Positions 1-9,492 of a stretch of DNA of 64,000 nucleotides are shown one piece after another. Position numbers and translations under genes: made by a program. A model generated the notes under the pieces. That model made no database searches. It was not told where the DNA came from and saw only the letters and a program-made list of their open reading frames with translations. Source of the stretch: an uncultured virus (IMG/VR IMGVR_UViG_3300021499_000001) (lineage: Duplodnaviria > Heunggongvirae > Uroviricota > Caudoviricetes); the IMG/VR virus record IMGVR_UViG_3300021499_000001; one strand, written 5' to 3'. The first letter of the stretch is position 1; each line of letters begins with the position of its first letter.

Positions 1-1
1 A

Positions 2-463
2 TTATCAAGCCAGCGGGTTCATGACTCAGCTGTTAGTGCTGCGGCCGGTTTCGACCCTTACCAATTTTTTGATGGCTTAAATACAGTTTATTTCAGGAAT
101 AAAGGTACCGTTTATGTACGCATGCCACAGAGAACATGGGAGGTATTAATTTTACATAAATATGGTCGGAATTCTTATAGGAATCCGTTTAGCAGACATG
201 TTTATGCTATTGATAATGTTTCAGCAACAGCAGATGTGATTGTTATGGCTCATCTACATCGCAGGGACTACGCCAGCTTCTACTTTGGTGGAAAGCAACG
301 AGTTTGTATAAACCTGCCGGGCTTCAAATATAACGATCCTTATACTCAATCATATTTTGATCAACATGAAGCGCCGTTCCCCGTTGTTGTGTTTGATGAT
401 GATAATAATACAGTGGATGTGTATCCATCACCGGAGGTAGCGCGTTATGTTATTAGCAGTTGA
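2..463 (+). CDS. Calcineurin-like metallophosphoesterase, C-terminal part (5' end outside window)
   Basis: Frame is open from base 2. Contains VLILHKY and ADVIVMAHLH, matching the late His and GHxH-type motifs of the superfamily. Confidence 0.6.
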   Translation, partial: LSSQRVHDSAVSAAAGFDPYQFFDGLNTVYFRNKGTVYVRMPQRTWEVLILHKYGRNSYRNPFSRHVYAIDNVSATADVIVMAHLHRRDYASFYFGGKQRVCINLPGFKYNDPYTQSYFDQHEAPFPVVVFDDDNNTVDVYPSPEVARYVISS

Positions 464-558
464 TTACAATGTTATTCATAAAATTTACAGGTATATGATG
501 CATATAACATTAAATTATAATGAAGTTTTACCAATTGAGGATTTGATAGGAGGTGTAT

Positions 559-948
559 ATGCGAACGAGGCGAGAGGGCAGGTATCTGTTGATACAGGGT
601 ATCGATCCTCCGATAACGAGGGATGATGTATCCGCTGCAACAGCGATCCCGTTACGTCGTTTGTGTGATATTATGCATGTTACTGATGATGGTCGTTCTG
701 CGAAGATTGATTTAAGGTCTGTTGGGTTAGCTGAGTTGCTTGCTATGACGTCATATCTTACCTTGCCATGGGTTCCCGTGGCGATTGATTGGTTCCGTGT
801 TAATATGAAGGCGCGCTCTACATATGCTGTAGGTGTTATATTAGGCCGCGCGGCTTCATATATTCGTAAACAATTAGGCATAACATTAGAGGGGACAGAT
901 GAAGAGAATACAGTACAATCTGAAGAAACGGTTGAGGCCAATCAGTGA
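559..948 (+). CDS. Hypothetical protein
   Basis: ORF with GGAGG at 549-553 before ATG 559. Confidence 0.7.
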   Translation: MRTRREGRYLLIQGIDPPITRDDVSAATAIPLRRLCDIMHVTDDGRSAKIDLRSVGLAELLAMTSYLTLPWVPVAIDWFRVNMKARSTYAVGVILGRAASYIRKQLGITLEGTDEENTVQSEETVEANQ

Positions 949-1339
949 GGGTACGGCTGTTGTTGTTGATCTGCTTATCAGGCCGCAGACAAATTTGTAC
1001 ATTCCGGAGTCTGTGTTTGTATTGCAGTTTGGGCTTGTTTTAAACCCGGGGATCATCAAAAGATTACCATTGGATCTACATGAGGGGGACATAATTTTGC
1101 GGGCTGCATGGAAGGCCGACCTCATACAAACATGTAGTGGTGAATATGTTAAGTCCGCTGATTATGTTGATATAGAAGTGCCAGATGTGCCGGGCTTCAT
1201 CATCAAACCAGATGACTATCTAAAGCTAGTTTATCATAGAGATATTATAGCAATTTTTGATGATGTTGATGATTGGGTAAAATTTGTTAAACATTTAAGC
1301 AAGATGGAGGGAAATTATGGGAATCAGTGTACCAAATAA
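899..1339 (+). CDS. GroES/Cpn10-like protein (possible TTG start at 932)
   Basis: LRPISEGTAVVV..NLYIPES..FGLVLNPG..LDLHEGDIIL..YHRDIIAIF follows the GroES pattern LRPL-V-V / GI-LP / G-V-AVG / VKVGD-V / E-DILAI, with an insertion. Confidence 0.6.
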   Translation: MKRIQYNLKKRLRPISEGTAVVVDLLIRPQTNLYIPESVFVLQFGLVLNPGIIKRLPLDLHEGDIILRAAWKADLIQTCSGEYVKSADYVDIEVPDVPGFIIKPDDYLKLVYHRDIIAIFDDVDDWVKFVKHLSKMEGNYGNQCTK

Positions 1340-1670
1340 TGTTAGGGATGAGATGGAACGAGAGCGTCGTGAGAAGATTGTGAAGCACGCGCTCCTTGGT
1401 GAGTTGATGCCTATTATGATCGATCTTACGCGTCTGGTTACTGAGATACGCCATATACGTAACAAGGATGGTGATGATGCACCTCATCCTCATATGAAGG
1501 ATGATGTACTCAATAAAATTGATTCATTGGTTGAGCTATTCTTTACGACATATACTGATTTTATGAAAACGTATATTAACGATATTGATGGTCTTGCGCG
1601 TAGTGCGCTTGAGCGTATGATGCAGGAGAGTATGACAATGGGCCCGGGGCCTCGTATACCACGAGAATGA
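1317..1670 (+). CDS. Hypothetical alpha-helical protein
   Basis: 117-aa ORF with GGAGG upstream. Confidence 0.7.
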   Translation: MGISVPNNVRDEMERERREKIVKHALLGELMPIMIDLTRLVTEIRHIRNKDGDDAPHPHMKDDVLNKIDSLVELFFTTYTDFMKTYINDIDGLARSALERMMQESMTMGPGPRIPRE

Positions 1671-1671
1671 T

Positions 1672-2013
1672 ATGAAACTATGTAATGGATATTACATAGG
1701 TGAGATCATTGATGATGGATTTGTTGCGCAGCGTACTGATATTATTGTACCATTTGGTGAATTGTCATATTTGTTAAGAGTGCGCATTAAGTGGAAGGCA
1801 TCATCTGCTTTGGTATATTCAAGGAGACAGGACAAGTATATTGACCTACCAGTTTCAGTTAACGTTGGTGATGAGGTGTTGGTTCTGAGGTTTGATACGC
1901 AGCCTCTTGCTTTACGTGGTACCAATGAGCCGCGCTTCGTTGTCGGTAGGTTGGTAGACATCTTAGGGGTTTATGAAAATAAGCACAATACTCGCGAAAA
2001 TAAAGAAGCGTGA
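1672..2013 (+). CDS. GroES/Cpn10-like protein
   Basis: 113 aa; TDIIVP..LPVSVNVGDEVLV..VVGRLVDILGVYE matches the GroES P-V-VGD-VL and DILG-V signatures. Confidence 0.65.
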   Translation: MKLCNGYYIGEIIDDGFVAQRTDIIVPFGELSYLLRVRIKWKASSALVYSRRQDKYIDLPVSVNVGDEVLVLRFDTQPLALRGTNEPRFVVGRLVDILGVYENKHNTRENKEA

Positions 2014-2467
2014 TGAGGCTGCTAATTATGATTATAAATACGAGAAAAAATATGGAATCCTGAGGCGTAAAGGACGCAAGTGGGACTCGGAACAGGAACG
2101 TATTTTGTATAGTATATTAAGGCAGATATATACAGGTCGTAAGATCTTTAACCATGTTCGTTTTGAGGAAGCGCCGACCCTTGAGTATGATTTTTTTATA
2201 CCTGATGAATCCCTTGTTATTGAATATAATGGTCAGGAGCATTACTGTGTTGTTGAAGGTATGACCGTGTATGACTTCTATGGTCGTGTGTATCGCGATC
2301 GTTGTAAATTAAATAATGCTTGCAAGCGTGGTTATACATACATACCCATTCCGTTCGATATAGGTCTTACTGTTGGTATAGTAAAGAAGTGGATTGATAG
2401 TGGGTGGGATAAGGAAAAGGTAATACAACATTATCTTGAGTACTACGAAAAAAACAAATTCGGATAA
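1973..2467 (+). CDS. Vsr/DUF559-like PD-(D/E)XK endonuclease
   Basis: SEQE..EYDFFIPDESLVIEYNGQEHY..RDRCK..RGYTYIPIPF. Confidence 0.75.
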   Translation: MKISTILAKIKKRDEAANYDYKYEKKYGILRRKGRKWDSEQERILYSILRQIYTGRKIFNHVRFEEAPTLEYDFFIPDESLVIEYNGQEHYCVVEGMTVYDFYGRVYRDRCKLNNACKRGYTYIPIPFDIGLTVGIVKKWIDSGWDKEKVIQHYLEYYEKNKFG

Positions 2468-3083
2468 GCTTGCGCGGGCTTATGATGAAACAATCCAGCG
2501 TGTTTGGGATACATTCTTCCCTGGTGTTGATATTGATGTTGTTGTTGGTATGAGGGATGCTGCATCTGTTGCTAAGCTACCTATCAAAAAATGTACCCCG
2601 GCGTGTCCATTATATGATCAATGTGAGGTTAGGAAAAAGTATTCGCCATCGTATTGTCCTATGGAGTTTGTTAAGTTCTTTGAGCAGTTAACTAACATGG
2701 CGAAGGAGCTTGATATTGACCCTGATAATGTAGTTGAGGCGTCGCGTGTATTGGATTACCAGCTATTATCTCTTATACAGGATGCGATATTGGAAAAAAT
2801 ACAACATAATGGAGTGAGTCAGTATGTTCCTGTTGTATCGGGGGAGGGTGTTATAGCTGAGGTTGAGGAGGTGTCACCATTTGTGAAGACTCTTATGGAG
2901 ATTGCAAAGTTGAAGGGTAAGATATTGGAGGAATTTTTAGCAACGCGTCAGTCGAAGAAAAAATTTGGTGAGGGCGAGGATAGTGATCCCGCGCGTTACT
3001 TATCAGGTTTACCTATTGTTGATGCTGAGGTTGAGGATGTAGATACTGAGAAGAAAGATAATGATGATAAAAAAGCAGATTAA
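2436..3083 (+). CDS. Putative terminase small subunit with Cys cluster
   Basis: Upstream of terL. SPFVKTLMEIAKLKGKILEEFLATRQSK resembles the P27-type TerS C-terminal motif. Also CTPACPLYDQC..YCP and an acidic tail. Confidence 0.5.
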   Translation: MSTTKKTNSDKLARAYDETIQRVWDTFFPGVDIDVVVGMRDAASVAKLPIKKCTPACPLYDQCEVRKKYSPSYCPMEFVKFFEQLTNMAKELDIDPDNVVEASRVLDYQLLSLIQDAILEKIQHNGVSQYVPVVSGEGVIAEVEEVSPFVKTLMEIAKLKGKILEEFLATRQSKKKFGEGEDSDPARYLSGLPIVDAEVEDVDTEKKDNDDKKAD

Positions 3084-3588
3084 AATATTAGAGGGACTTG
3101 CCAAGTCAGGTAAGGAATTTGTCAGGCGTTTTGGACAGTTCTTGCGTGGTTCACATAATTTGGAGCCGCTGGTTGAGTTACCTGCGAAGGCGTTTAGGAA
3201 GCCGCCGCCTCTCCTTCTGTTCAAGAGATCGGCGGGCTTAATAGAAACGAATATTGTTAAGCCCAAGTTGGTAAGATCTACGGTAAGGCGGTTGGAATAT
3301 GCTATGACCCAGGATGTACTTAAGCGGATGCGTCAGAAGCTTAATTACAAGTTTTTGAAGAATAAGGTCGTACCGTTGACCAAAAATGTAAGAAGGGCGC
3401 GGTTTCGTACATCTTATAAACTTATAAGACCAAAACCGACAGGCAGGCATATACGTGATGTGATGTCTATACAAGGTGCAAGTATTGCTTGGGAGAATTT
3501 ACATAAGCAGTCTTTAAATAAATTAGAGGCAACAAGGGTAGGTTTTAGACCGAGGGTAAGGAGACAATGGATAGGTTCAATCAGTTAA
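3061..3588 (+). CDS. Highly basic (Arg/Lys-rich) hypothetical protein
   Basis: 175-aa ORF overlapping both neighbours; very few acidic residues. Confidence 0.65.
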   Translation: MMIKKQIKILEGLAKSGKEFVRRFGQFLRGSHNLEPLVELPAKAFRKPPPLLLFKRSAGLIETNIVKPKLVRSTVRRLEYAMTQDVLKRMRQKLNYKFLKNKVVPLTKNVRRARFRTSYKLIRPKPTGRHIRDVMSIQGASIAWENLHKQSLNKLEATRVGFRPRVRRQWIGSIS

Positions 3589-4349
3589 ATTTATATGCGC
3601 AGCAGACTGATGAGTATTTCCTTCCTGAAGATAAATACAGACCATTGCCATGGAGAGTTGCTGCTGGTTACGTAGGTCTTGTTAAGTCACCTTTTGCAGC
3701 AGGTATTGGTATTGGTAAGGCTTATGCTACCTTAGCAGGTACATCAATCTTATATCATTATGTGTACCGTCCCAAGATATGGCGTACTGCTGTTAAGACA
3801 GGAGAGCTTAAGTGGGTTGGTTTCCCAGGCTTCAGGGGATTTGCGCAGGGTCCGCGTGGTGGAGTGATGCGCAAGGTAGGTCATTGGTTGTTTGGGCAGA
3901 TGTTGAGGCCTGTATTGAGTACACAGGCTTATGATCTGTATAGGAAGCACGGCCTAGTAGGATTAGGTATACATATGGAGATGGCAGGTAAACGAGGTGT
4001 GGCACAAAAAATTTTTAAGATGGCTAGGGTTTTAGGTGGTGATACAATAAAAGTAGGTAAGCGTATTGCTCGTTTGGGGAGTACGGCTGGATGGGGATTG
4101 CTCATATATGATATTGTTCGTGGCGGCATAGCTCTGAGTGGAGCTGCTCTGAACAAAGGGCTTCGTATCTTAGACCGAGTACATACTACATTAGTTCGTT
4201 TAAGAAGAAATCAGCTACCTGAGGCATATAGGATGCCTCAAGCAGCAACATTAAGGTCGTTGGCATTGCAAGAAATTCATACATCGCGTACTAATGTAAG
4301 AAGTGTTTTACTAGGTAATGAGGCAGCTTATTTGCATAGGGCATTATGA
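3567..4349 (+). CDS. Basic Gly-rich protein with hydrophobic segments
   Basis: 260 aa; e.g. STAGWGLLIYDIVRGGIALSGAAL. Confidence 0.7.
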   Translation: MDRFNQLNLYAQQTDEYFLPEDKYRPLPWRVAAGYVGLVKSPFAAGIGIGKAYATLAGTSILYHYVYRPKIWRTAVKTGELKWVGFPGFRGFAQGPRGGVMRKVGHWLFGQMLRPVLSTQAYDLYRKHGLVGLGIHMEMAGKRGVAQKIFKMARVLGGDTIKVGKRIARLGSTAGWGLLIYDIVRGGIALSGAALNKGLRILDRVHTTLVRLRRNQLPEAYRMPQAATLRSLALQEIHTSRTNVRSVLLGNEAAYLHRAL

Positions 4350-4693
4350 GAGCATTACGTAGATTAAGGGAAATATATAATAGGCCACAGGTAGCGCCGC
4401 GGAATGTTTATCATTTTGTTGATCCTTTAGCTCATGTTAAGCGGTTACGGTTGTGGAGGGGTCGATTAGTTAACAGTCAAGGCAAAAAGGTTGTTAATAA
4501 GATTTTGCCCTCTATACAGCGCAGGAGGCCGCGGGCTTCAATGGCTTTAAGCCGTAAATTGCTAAGGTTAACCAAACGTAGCTGGATTGGGTCGCGGCTT
4601 AGTCATTTTATGGTTTCAAAGGGGAGGCTTCGTAAGTGGGTTGGTGTATTAAATGTATTGAAGGATGCTATAAGGGTGAGGATGAGATTATGA
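4346..4693 (+). CDS. Highly basic Arg-rich hypothetical protein
   Basis: 115 aa; ATGA overlaps at both ends. Confidence 0.65.
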   Translation: MRALRRLREIYNRPQVAPRNVYHFVDPLAHVKRLRLWRGRLVNSQGKKVVNKILPSIQRRRPRASMALSRKLLRLTKRSWIGSRLSHFMVSKGRLRKWVGVLNVLKDAIRVRMRL

Positions 4694-4803
4694 AATATGT
4701 AGATATGTATTATAAGTCGGGTTTTTATAAGAAGGGCGCTTTATATGTTCTGTCTTTTTATCAACGTCTTTTGTATAAGTTTATGCGTCCTAAGGCAAAG
4801 TGA
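4690..4803 (+). CDS. Small basic Tyr/Lys-rich peptide (37 aa, not in ORF track)
   Basis: ATGA-coupled to the previous gene; MKYVDMYYKSGFYKKGALYVLSFYQRLLYKFMRPKAK; fills the gap. Confidence 0.5.
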   Translation: MKYVDMYYKSGFYKKGALYVLSFYQRLLYKFMRPKAK

Positions 4804-4833
4804 TTGAAGGTTTATTGACTGTGAGGTGATTAA

Positions 4834-5640
4834 ATGGCCATTGGTAGTATATATTATAGTGGTGGTTACCGCCATATGCCAAGTGCTTTGATAAAGGCTG
4901 GTATGAGAGAGTGGTGGTGGGATGCAACGCATTTTGATCGCGCGGTTGGTATACCACGTCCAGAATTACGTACATTTTGGTGGGAAATTGAATATCCAAG
5001 AAGGATTATCCGTCGTGCAGCTAAGCATGCGCGTCGTGCGTTTCAAACGGTAAGGAAATTATATGGGCCCGGTGCAGTGCCGAAATGGAGACCTTATATT
5101 ATGATGAAGTTTATGAAGCCAATGTGGGATATAGAGCCGGAAGGTTTGCGTGCATTTAGAGGTAAGATATGGGCGGAAGAAATTATAAATTTGCGTTATA
5201 GTAAATATAAACTACCTAATGAATTTGCGGCTGCAGAATATGCCAAAACACGTGCTGCTGCTTTTGCACAAGCAGCAAAGGCTGCGGAGAAAACGACTCG
5301 TGCAAGTGCTGCTGGGGCTGCTGCAAAGGGAGCAGCAGCAGCTTCCCGTGCTGCTGCGCAAGCAGGTGCAACGGGTGCTGCAAAGGGAGTGACAAATAGA
5401 GTAATGAGGAATCGTTTATTGAAACGTATTGCTCAGGGGACATTTAAATTTGCACAGAGCAAAACAGGTGCCTTTACAGCTGCTGTGCTTGGCGGGCTTA
5501 TAGCATTAACCATTGCTGGTGCAAGTTATGTAAGAAGGAATCCATCAGAGATTGCTTTGGCTCAGCTTAGGCAGCGTAGAGCCACGCGTTATCCAAGGGC
5601 GCCTTCTGGTTTGGTGTTTGCACTACATGCAACAAGATAA
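4834..5640 (+). CDS. Basic protein with Ala-rich linker and a C-terminal hydrophobic helix
   Basis: GAGGTG upstream; Ala-rich tract about 5230-5390; AFTAAVLGGLIALTIAGASYV. Confidence 0.75.
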   Translation: MAIGSIYYSGGYRHMPSALIKAGMREWWWDATHFDRAVGIPRPELRTFWWEIEYPRRIIRRAAKHARRAFQTVRKLYGPGAVPKWRPYIMMKFMKPMWDIEPEGLRAFRGKIWAEEIINLRYSKYKLPNEFAAAEYAKTRAAAFAQAAKAAEKTTRASAAGAAAKGAAAASRAAAQAGATGAAKGVTNRVMRNRLLKRIAQGTFKFAQSKTGAFTAAVLGGLIALTIAGASYVRRNPSEIALAQLRQRRATRYPRAPSGLVFALHATR

Positions 5641-5641
5641 T

Positions 5642-8098
5642 ATGGAAGTGAAAAGGTTATCATTAAAAGAGCTAAGTGCTGATGAACTTTTGCGCATACG
5701 CAAATCCGCTTCTTACTTTGTTGAATTGTTCCTGCGTGATCCAACCGATCCGCGCCGGCCTCTAAAACTCTACGATTACCAGCGTGAGGTCTTAGATTAT
5801 CCCGGTAAAAAGGTTGTTATAAGAGGTGGTCGTGGTGTCAGTAAAACAACAATGATGGCATGGAAGGCATTGCACCGTGCCTTCACAATACCAAGGCATG
5901 TTATTATTTATTTAGCCCAATCGGAGACGATGCTGCTCAGATTTTTTACTGATTATCTTGATCGTTTTATTACGGATTCGCCTCTAAGTAAATCAAAGGT
6001 TGCCTACCGTAAGCAACCTCAGTATGAGATTGTATTAAGTAATGAGTCAAAAATTTTGGGGTTTGTTGGTAATTCTACGCAGACGATCAGAGGCCCGCGG
6101 GCTGGTACTATTCTTATCGATGAATGTTTTCACGGTATGACGAAGGTTTTAACACAGCGCGGGCTTACCCCTATCAGCCGTGTTAGAGATGGTGATTATG
6201 TTCTTGATGCTGATAGCAAATGGGTGCGTGTTGTTCGCGCTGCGATGACGGGTGTTAAGGAAATGTGGGTTATTGAGCTACCTATATCAGATGAAAAGTT
6301 AGTTGTTACATCTAATCATCCTGTTTTAACAAAGGATTCAGGATTTCAGCCTCTTGATACAGTTGATGAGATACCGATTAGTTGTCGTTATTATGAGCCT
6401 TTTGAGTATCCTAAGGAAGCGGCGCTGGCGCTTATTTATGCACGGTATATAAGCGAACGTGAATCACTTGTATTTAATAATGAAGGTGTGCGGCTTATTA
6501 TGTCTGGTTATCCCAGATTCCGCACATTTTATGAGCGTTTCACGGCGGGCAGACATATTAATCCTGTTCTTATTGAGAAGGATTTTATAGATGGAAAAAT
6601 CGATCAGCGTCTTTTTGTGTATTATTTAGCCGCGTTTGTTAATAGATTTCCTAAGATTGTCATCGATTATCTGACAGGGTTGGGTTATAAGGTTATAGCG
6701 GGTTCGCTGGCTAGTGACGATGTACCTAGATATGAAAAGGAGATAGGTTTCCCATTTTTTGAGTCAGGATGGTCAACAATTGTGAAATTAGCTGATAAGT
6801 TGAATCGTGATCCTGTTGAGTTATATAAGGAGATGAATTGGTACAATACAGGCATATTTGTTCCTTATAAGAAGAAATCCACCATTAGGGCGGCGGCTTA
6901 TAACCTTACTACCGAATCGGGGACTTATTGTGTCTTTATTGGTGGATTCCGCATCCCCGTCCATAATTGTGATTATATACCTGAGCGTAAGTTTGTAGAG
7001 GTGTTTGGTACGACAATGTCAATGGAGGATGTCGTTATATGGTTATCATCTACACCCAGTCCTAAGAGAGGTTATTTTTGGCGTGCGTGTAATGATGAAC
7101 GCATGGGATTCAAGGAGTTTCATTTACCAAGTTGGTTACATCCGACGTGGACATGGATGAAGGATGCTGAGAGGTTGGGCATACCTATCGAAGAGACAAC
7201 AGAATATCAAACTCGTGTTGAGTTTCCTAACCAAGCTGACTGGTTGCGTGAAATAGCTGCTGAGTTTGTTGATCTTGAGGAGAGTGCTATACCATCAAAA
7301 TATATAGATGAAGCATTTCAGCGTTATGATGGTGAGGTGAGTAGGAAGCGCGGCTTCCGCATTCTTGGTGTTGATTGGAATGCGATGGCAGCAGGTGTTG
7401 TTATGGTATTAGTAGAATACGATAATAAAAATAATGTATTTAGGGTTATCCATTCGGAAACGATTTCTAATGTTGAGTATCATCACCAGAAGGCATTGCA
7501 GCGTATTGTTGAGATGGTTAAACAATACCGCATTGATGCTATTGCAGCTGATTGGGGTTATGGAGAGAGTGATATACAGCAGCTCCAACTTATTGGTAGA
7601 GCTAAAGGGATCCGCGCGCTTACTGACATTATGGCCGTAAAGTTTAATGAGAAGATGAAAATACCGCTTTTCTCTGGTGGTTATGATGAATGTTATGCCA
7701 AGGAGTACCTTATGCGGTTGGTCAGGAAATTGTTTGAAATGGGTGCTATCATGCTGCCTCCATCAGAGGATGAAAGATTGCCTGAGAATTATGCTGATGC
7801 TACGAATATGTTAGGATATCAGTTACGTAATTTGCGTGCAAAGGTAACGGGGACAGGTCATCTTACATATGTTGTTGAACCAGACCATAAATTTGCTGCA
7901 TTTTTGGCTGCTGTCTATGGATTTTATAGGACGTTCCAACCGCGTATAGATCCGGTGCAGGGGCTTATTATTTATAATGATTTAGAACGGCAAGAACAGA
8001 AGTTGGATCATGTTCCTAGTATAACATTACAGCCGAAGAAGACACAGCGGTTTGTCCATAGAGTTACAAATAGGTATAAGCCAATAAGAACTGTATGA
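5642..8098 (+). CDS. terL: Terminase large subunit, intein-containing
   Basis: LYDYQ adenine-binding motif, Walker A GGRGVSKTT, Walker B TILIDE, coupling motif SSTP, RNase H-like nuclease ILGVDWN and PDH. ATG 5642 follows the upstream stop. 818-aa precursor, 537 aa after splicing. Confidence 0.93.
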   Translation: MEVKRLSLKELSADELLRIRKSASYFVELFLRDPTDPRRPLKLYDYQREVLDYPGKKVVIRGGRGVSKTTMMAWKALHRAFTIPRHVIIYLAQSETMLLRFFTDYLDRFITDSPLSKSKVAYRKQPQYEIVLSNESKILGFVGNSTQTIRGPRAGTILIDECFHGMTKVLTQRGLTPISRVRDGDYVLDADSKWVRVVRAAMTGVKEMWVIELPISDEKLVVTSNHPVLTKDSGFQPLDTVDEIPISCRYYEPFEYPKEAALALIYARYISERESLVFNNEGVRLIMSGYPRFRTFYERFTAGRHINPVLIEKDFIDGKIDQRLFVYYLAAFVNRFPKIVIDYLTGLGYKVIAGSLASDDVPRYEKEIGFPFFESGWSTIVKLADKLNRDPVELYKEMNWYNTGIFVPYKKKSTIRAAAYNLTTESGTYCVFIGGFRIPVHNCDYIPERKFVEVFGTTMSMEDVVIWLSSTPSPKRGYFWRACNDERMGFKEFHLPSWLHPTWTWMKDAERLGIPIEETTEYQTRVEFPNQADWLREIAAEFVDLEESAIPSKYIDEAFQRYDGEVSRKRGFRILGVDWNAMAAGVVMVLVEYDNKNNVFRVIHSETISNVEYHHQKALQRIVEMVKQYRIDAIAADWGYGESDIQQLQLIGRAKGIRALTDIMAVKFNEKMKIPLFSGGYDECYAKEYLMRLVRKLFEMGAIMLPPSEDERLPENYADATNMLGYQLRNLRAKVTGTGHLTYVVEPDHKFAAFLAAVYGFYRTFQPRIDPVQGLIIYNDLERQEQKLDHVPSITLQPKKTQRFVHRVTNRYKPIRTV
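6125..6967 (+). mobile_element. Intein (281 aa) in terminase, directly after the Walker B glutamate
   Basis: IDE|CFHGMTKVLT, block B VTSNHPVLT, C-terminus AYNLTTESGTY..IPVHN|CDY. No intact LAGLIDADG motif recognisable. Confidence 0.92.
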
Positions 8099-9492
8099 AA
8101 ATATATGTAAGTAACATAAGTGAAGATGATGTTATATCTTATGAGGGGCGGCGCAACCGTGTGCTTGTAGTTTATGAAGGTGGTCGCAAGGATGTTGTCT
8201 ATGCTGAGTGTGGTAATGGATTCATTGATGTTGATACTGATAGGCGTGATATAAAGAAGATCAAGGGTGTGTTAAAGGGCGGGCGCTTAATCGACATTGA
8301 TGTCCATGCGGACATGTTTGATTTTATACCTGATGTTGTAGAAAAACCCACCAGAGAGCGCAGGCCTGCTGAACCCTTGAGGGTTGAGACACCAGAAACG
8401 CTGACACCTGAGAAGGAGGAGGAGCTTAAGTTAGAAATGTTGGGGATTCTTACCAGCATTATCACCGGCTTACAATATGCGCATAATTTGAAGACATTAA
8501 ATGAGGTTGAAAAAGTATTGGATGAGAAGCTTGCCAATTTATGCGTTAAATTTGACCCATCAGAGCGTCCTATGCTGGTTAAATCGCTAGCTTTTGTTCG
8601 CGGGTGTAAGGAAAATCAGGTTGGTAATTGCGCTTATGTTGAGGATTTTAATAGAGCAATGAATATTATTAATGCCGCGCCTATATTATTAACAGGTACG
8701 AACCCTTTGTTAATACCTGCTAGTGAAAAGGTTCCTCGTTATAAACTACCAGCGGGGCTTCCTCCTAACATCATAGCACGTAAAGATTTTTATAGGCAGT
8801 TAACAGTTGACAGAGATGTATCGACGAGTGCTATTGAGGATTTAAGGAGCGTTCAGCTTATTGATGTATGGCGTATTATGATCCTTAAGGCTAGTATTGA
8901 GTTTTTGAAATTATTGCGTAGCATATTTAGTGTTCTAAGCAAGGTACCGGGGTTAAAAGCGATTCCTCATACACTTGATAAATGGATTGAAGAATTGGGT
9001 AAACAGTTATCGCATTATATAGATCCGCAAGGTAACGTATATATAGGTAATGAAGGATATACGCCACCATTGGAATATATTTTGCGTGATGAAGCAGGTT
9101 ATACTGATGATAATGATATAAATAATGCTTTGGGGGAATATACACAGTTTATGCAAGAACTTGGCAGGGGTAGCTCTGTAGGTATAGGTGGTGTTGAATC
9201 TTCTAATGCCTTAACATATGCTAATACCATTATTAAATTTTTTGCAGCTGAATTCCCCAAGCAATATCCTGATAAGATGCATTTGTTAACAGCAAAGTAT
9301 TATTTACCGCAAGCCAAGGATAAGGTTATGGCGGCGATTGGTACTGATTGGATGCATTTATGTACCCCTGAGAGGAAGGCTATAATGCGTGAGATTGAAG
9401 CGGATCTGCGGCTTAACTTTTACTGGGGTACTCTTATTAACCGTTTGGAATCCGAGGAGGGAGTCCATTGGGTAATGGAGGAGAATGGCTAA
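8095..9492 (+). CDS. Hypothetical protein between terminase and portal
   Basis: 465-aa ORF, ATGA-coupled to terL. Confidence 0.8.
   Translation: MKIYVSNISEDDVISYEGRRNRVLVVYEGGRKDVVYAECGNGFIDVDTDRRDIKKIKGVLKGGRLIDIDVHADMFDFIPDVVEKPTRERRPAEPLRVETPETLTPEKEEELKLEMLGILTSIITGLQYAHNLKTLNEVEKVLDEKLANLCVKFDPSERPMLVKSLAFVRGCKENQVGNCAYVEDFNRAMNIINAAPILLTGTNPLLIPASEKVPRYKLPAGLPPNIIARKDFYRQLTVDRDVSTSAIEDLRSVQLIDVWRIMILKASIEFLKLLRSIFSVLSKVPGLKAIPHTLDKWIEELGKQLSHYIDPQGNVYIGNEGYTPPLEYILRDEAGYTDDNDINNALGEYTQFMQELGRGSSVGIGGVESSNALTYANTIIKFFAAEFPKQYPDKMHLLTAKYYLPQAKDKVMAAIGTDWMHLCTPERKAIMREIEADLRLNFYWGTLINRLESEEGVHWVMEENG

Noticed and set aside
464..552. AT-rich gap with TATAAT at 516-521 as a promoter
   Set aside because: No -35 hexamer at suitable spacing. 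It may still be regulatory but cannot be supported.
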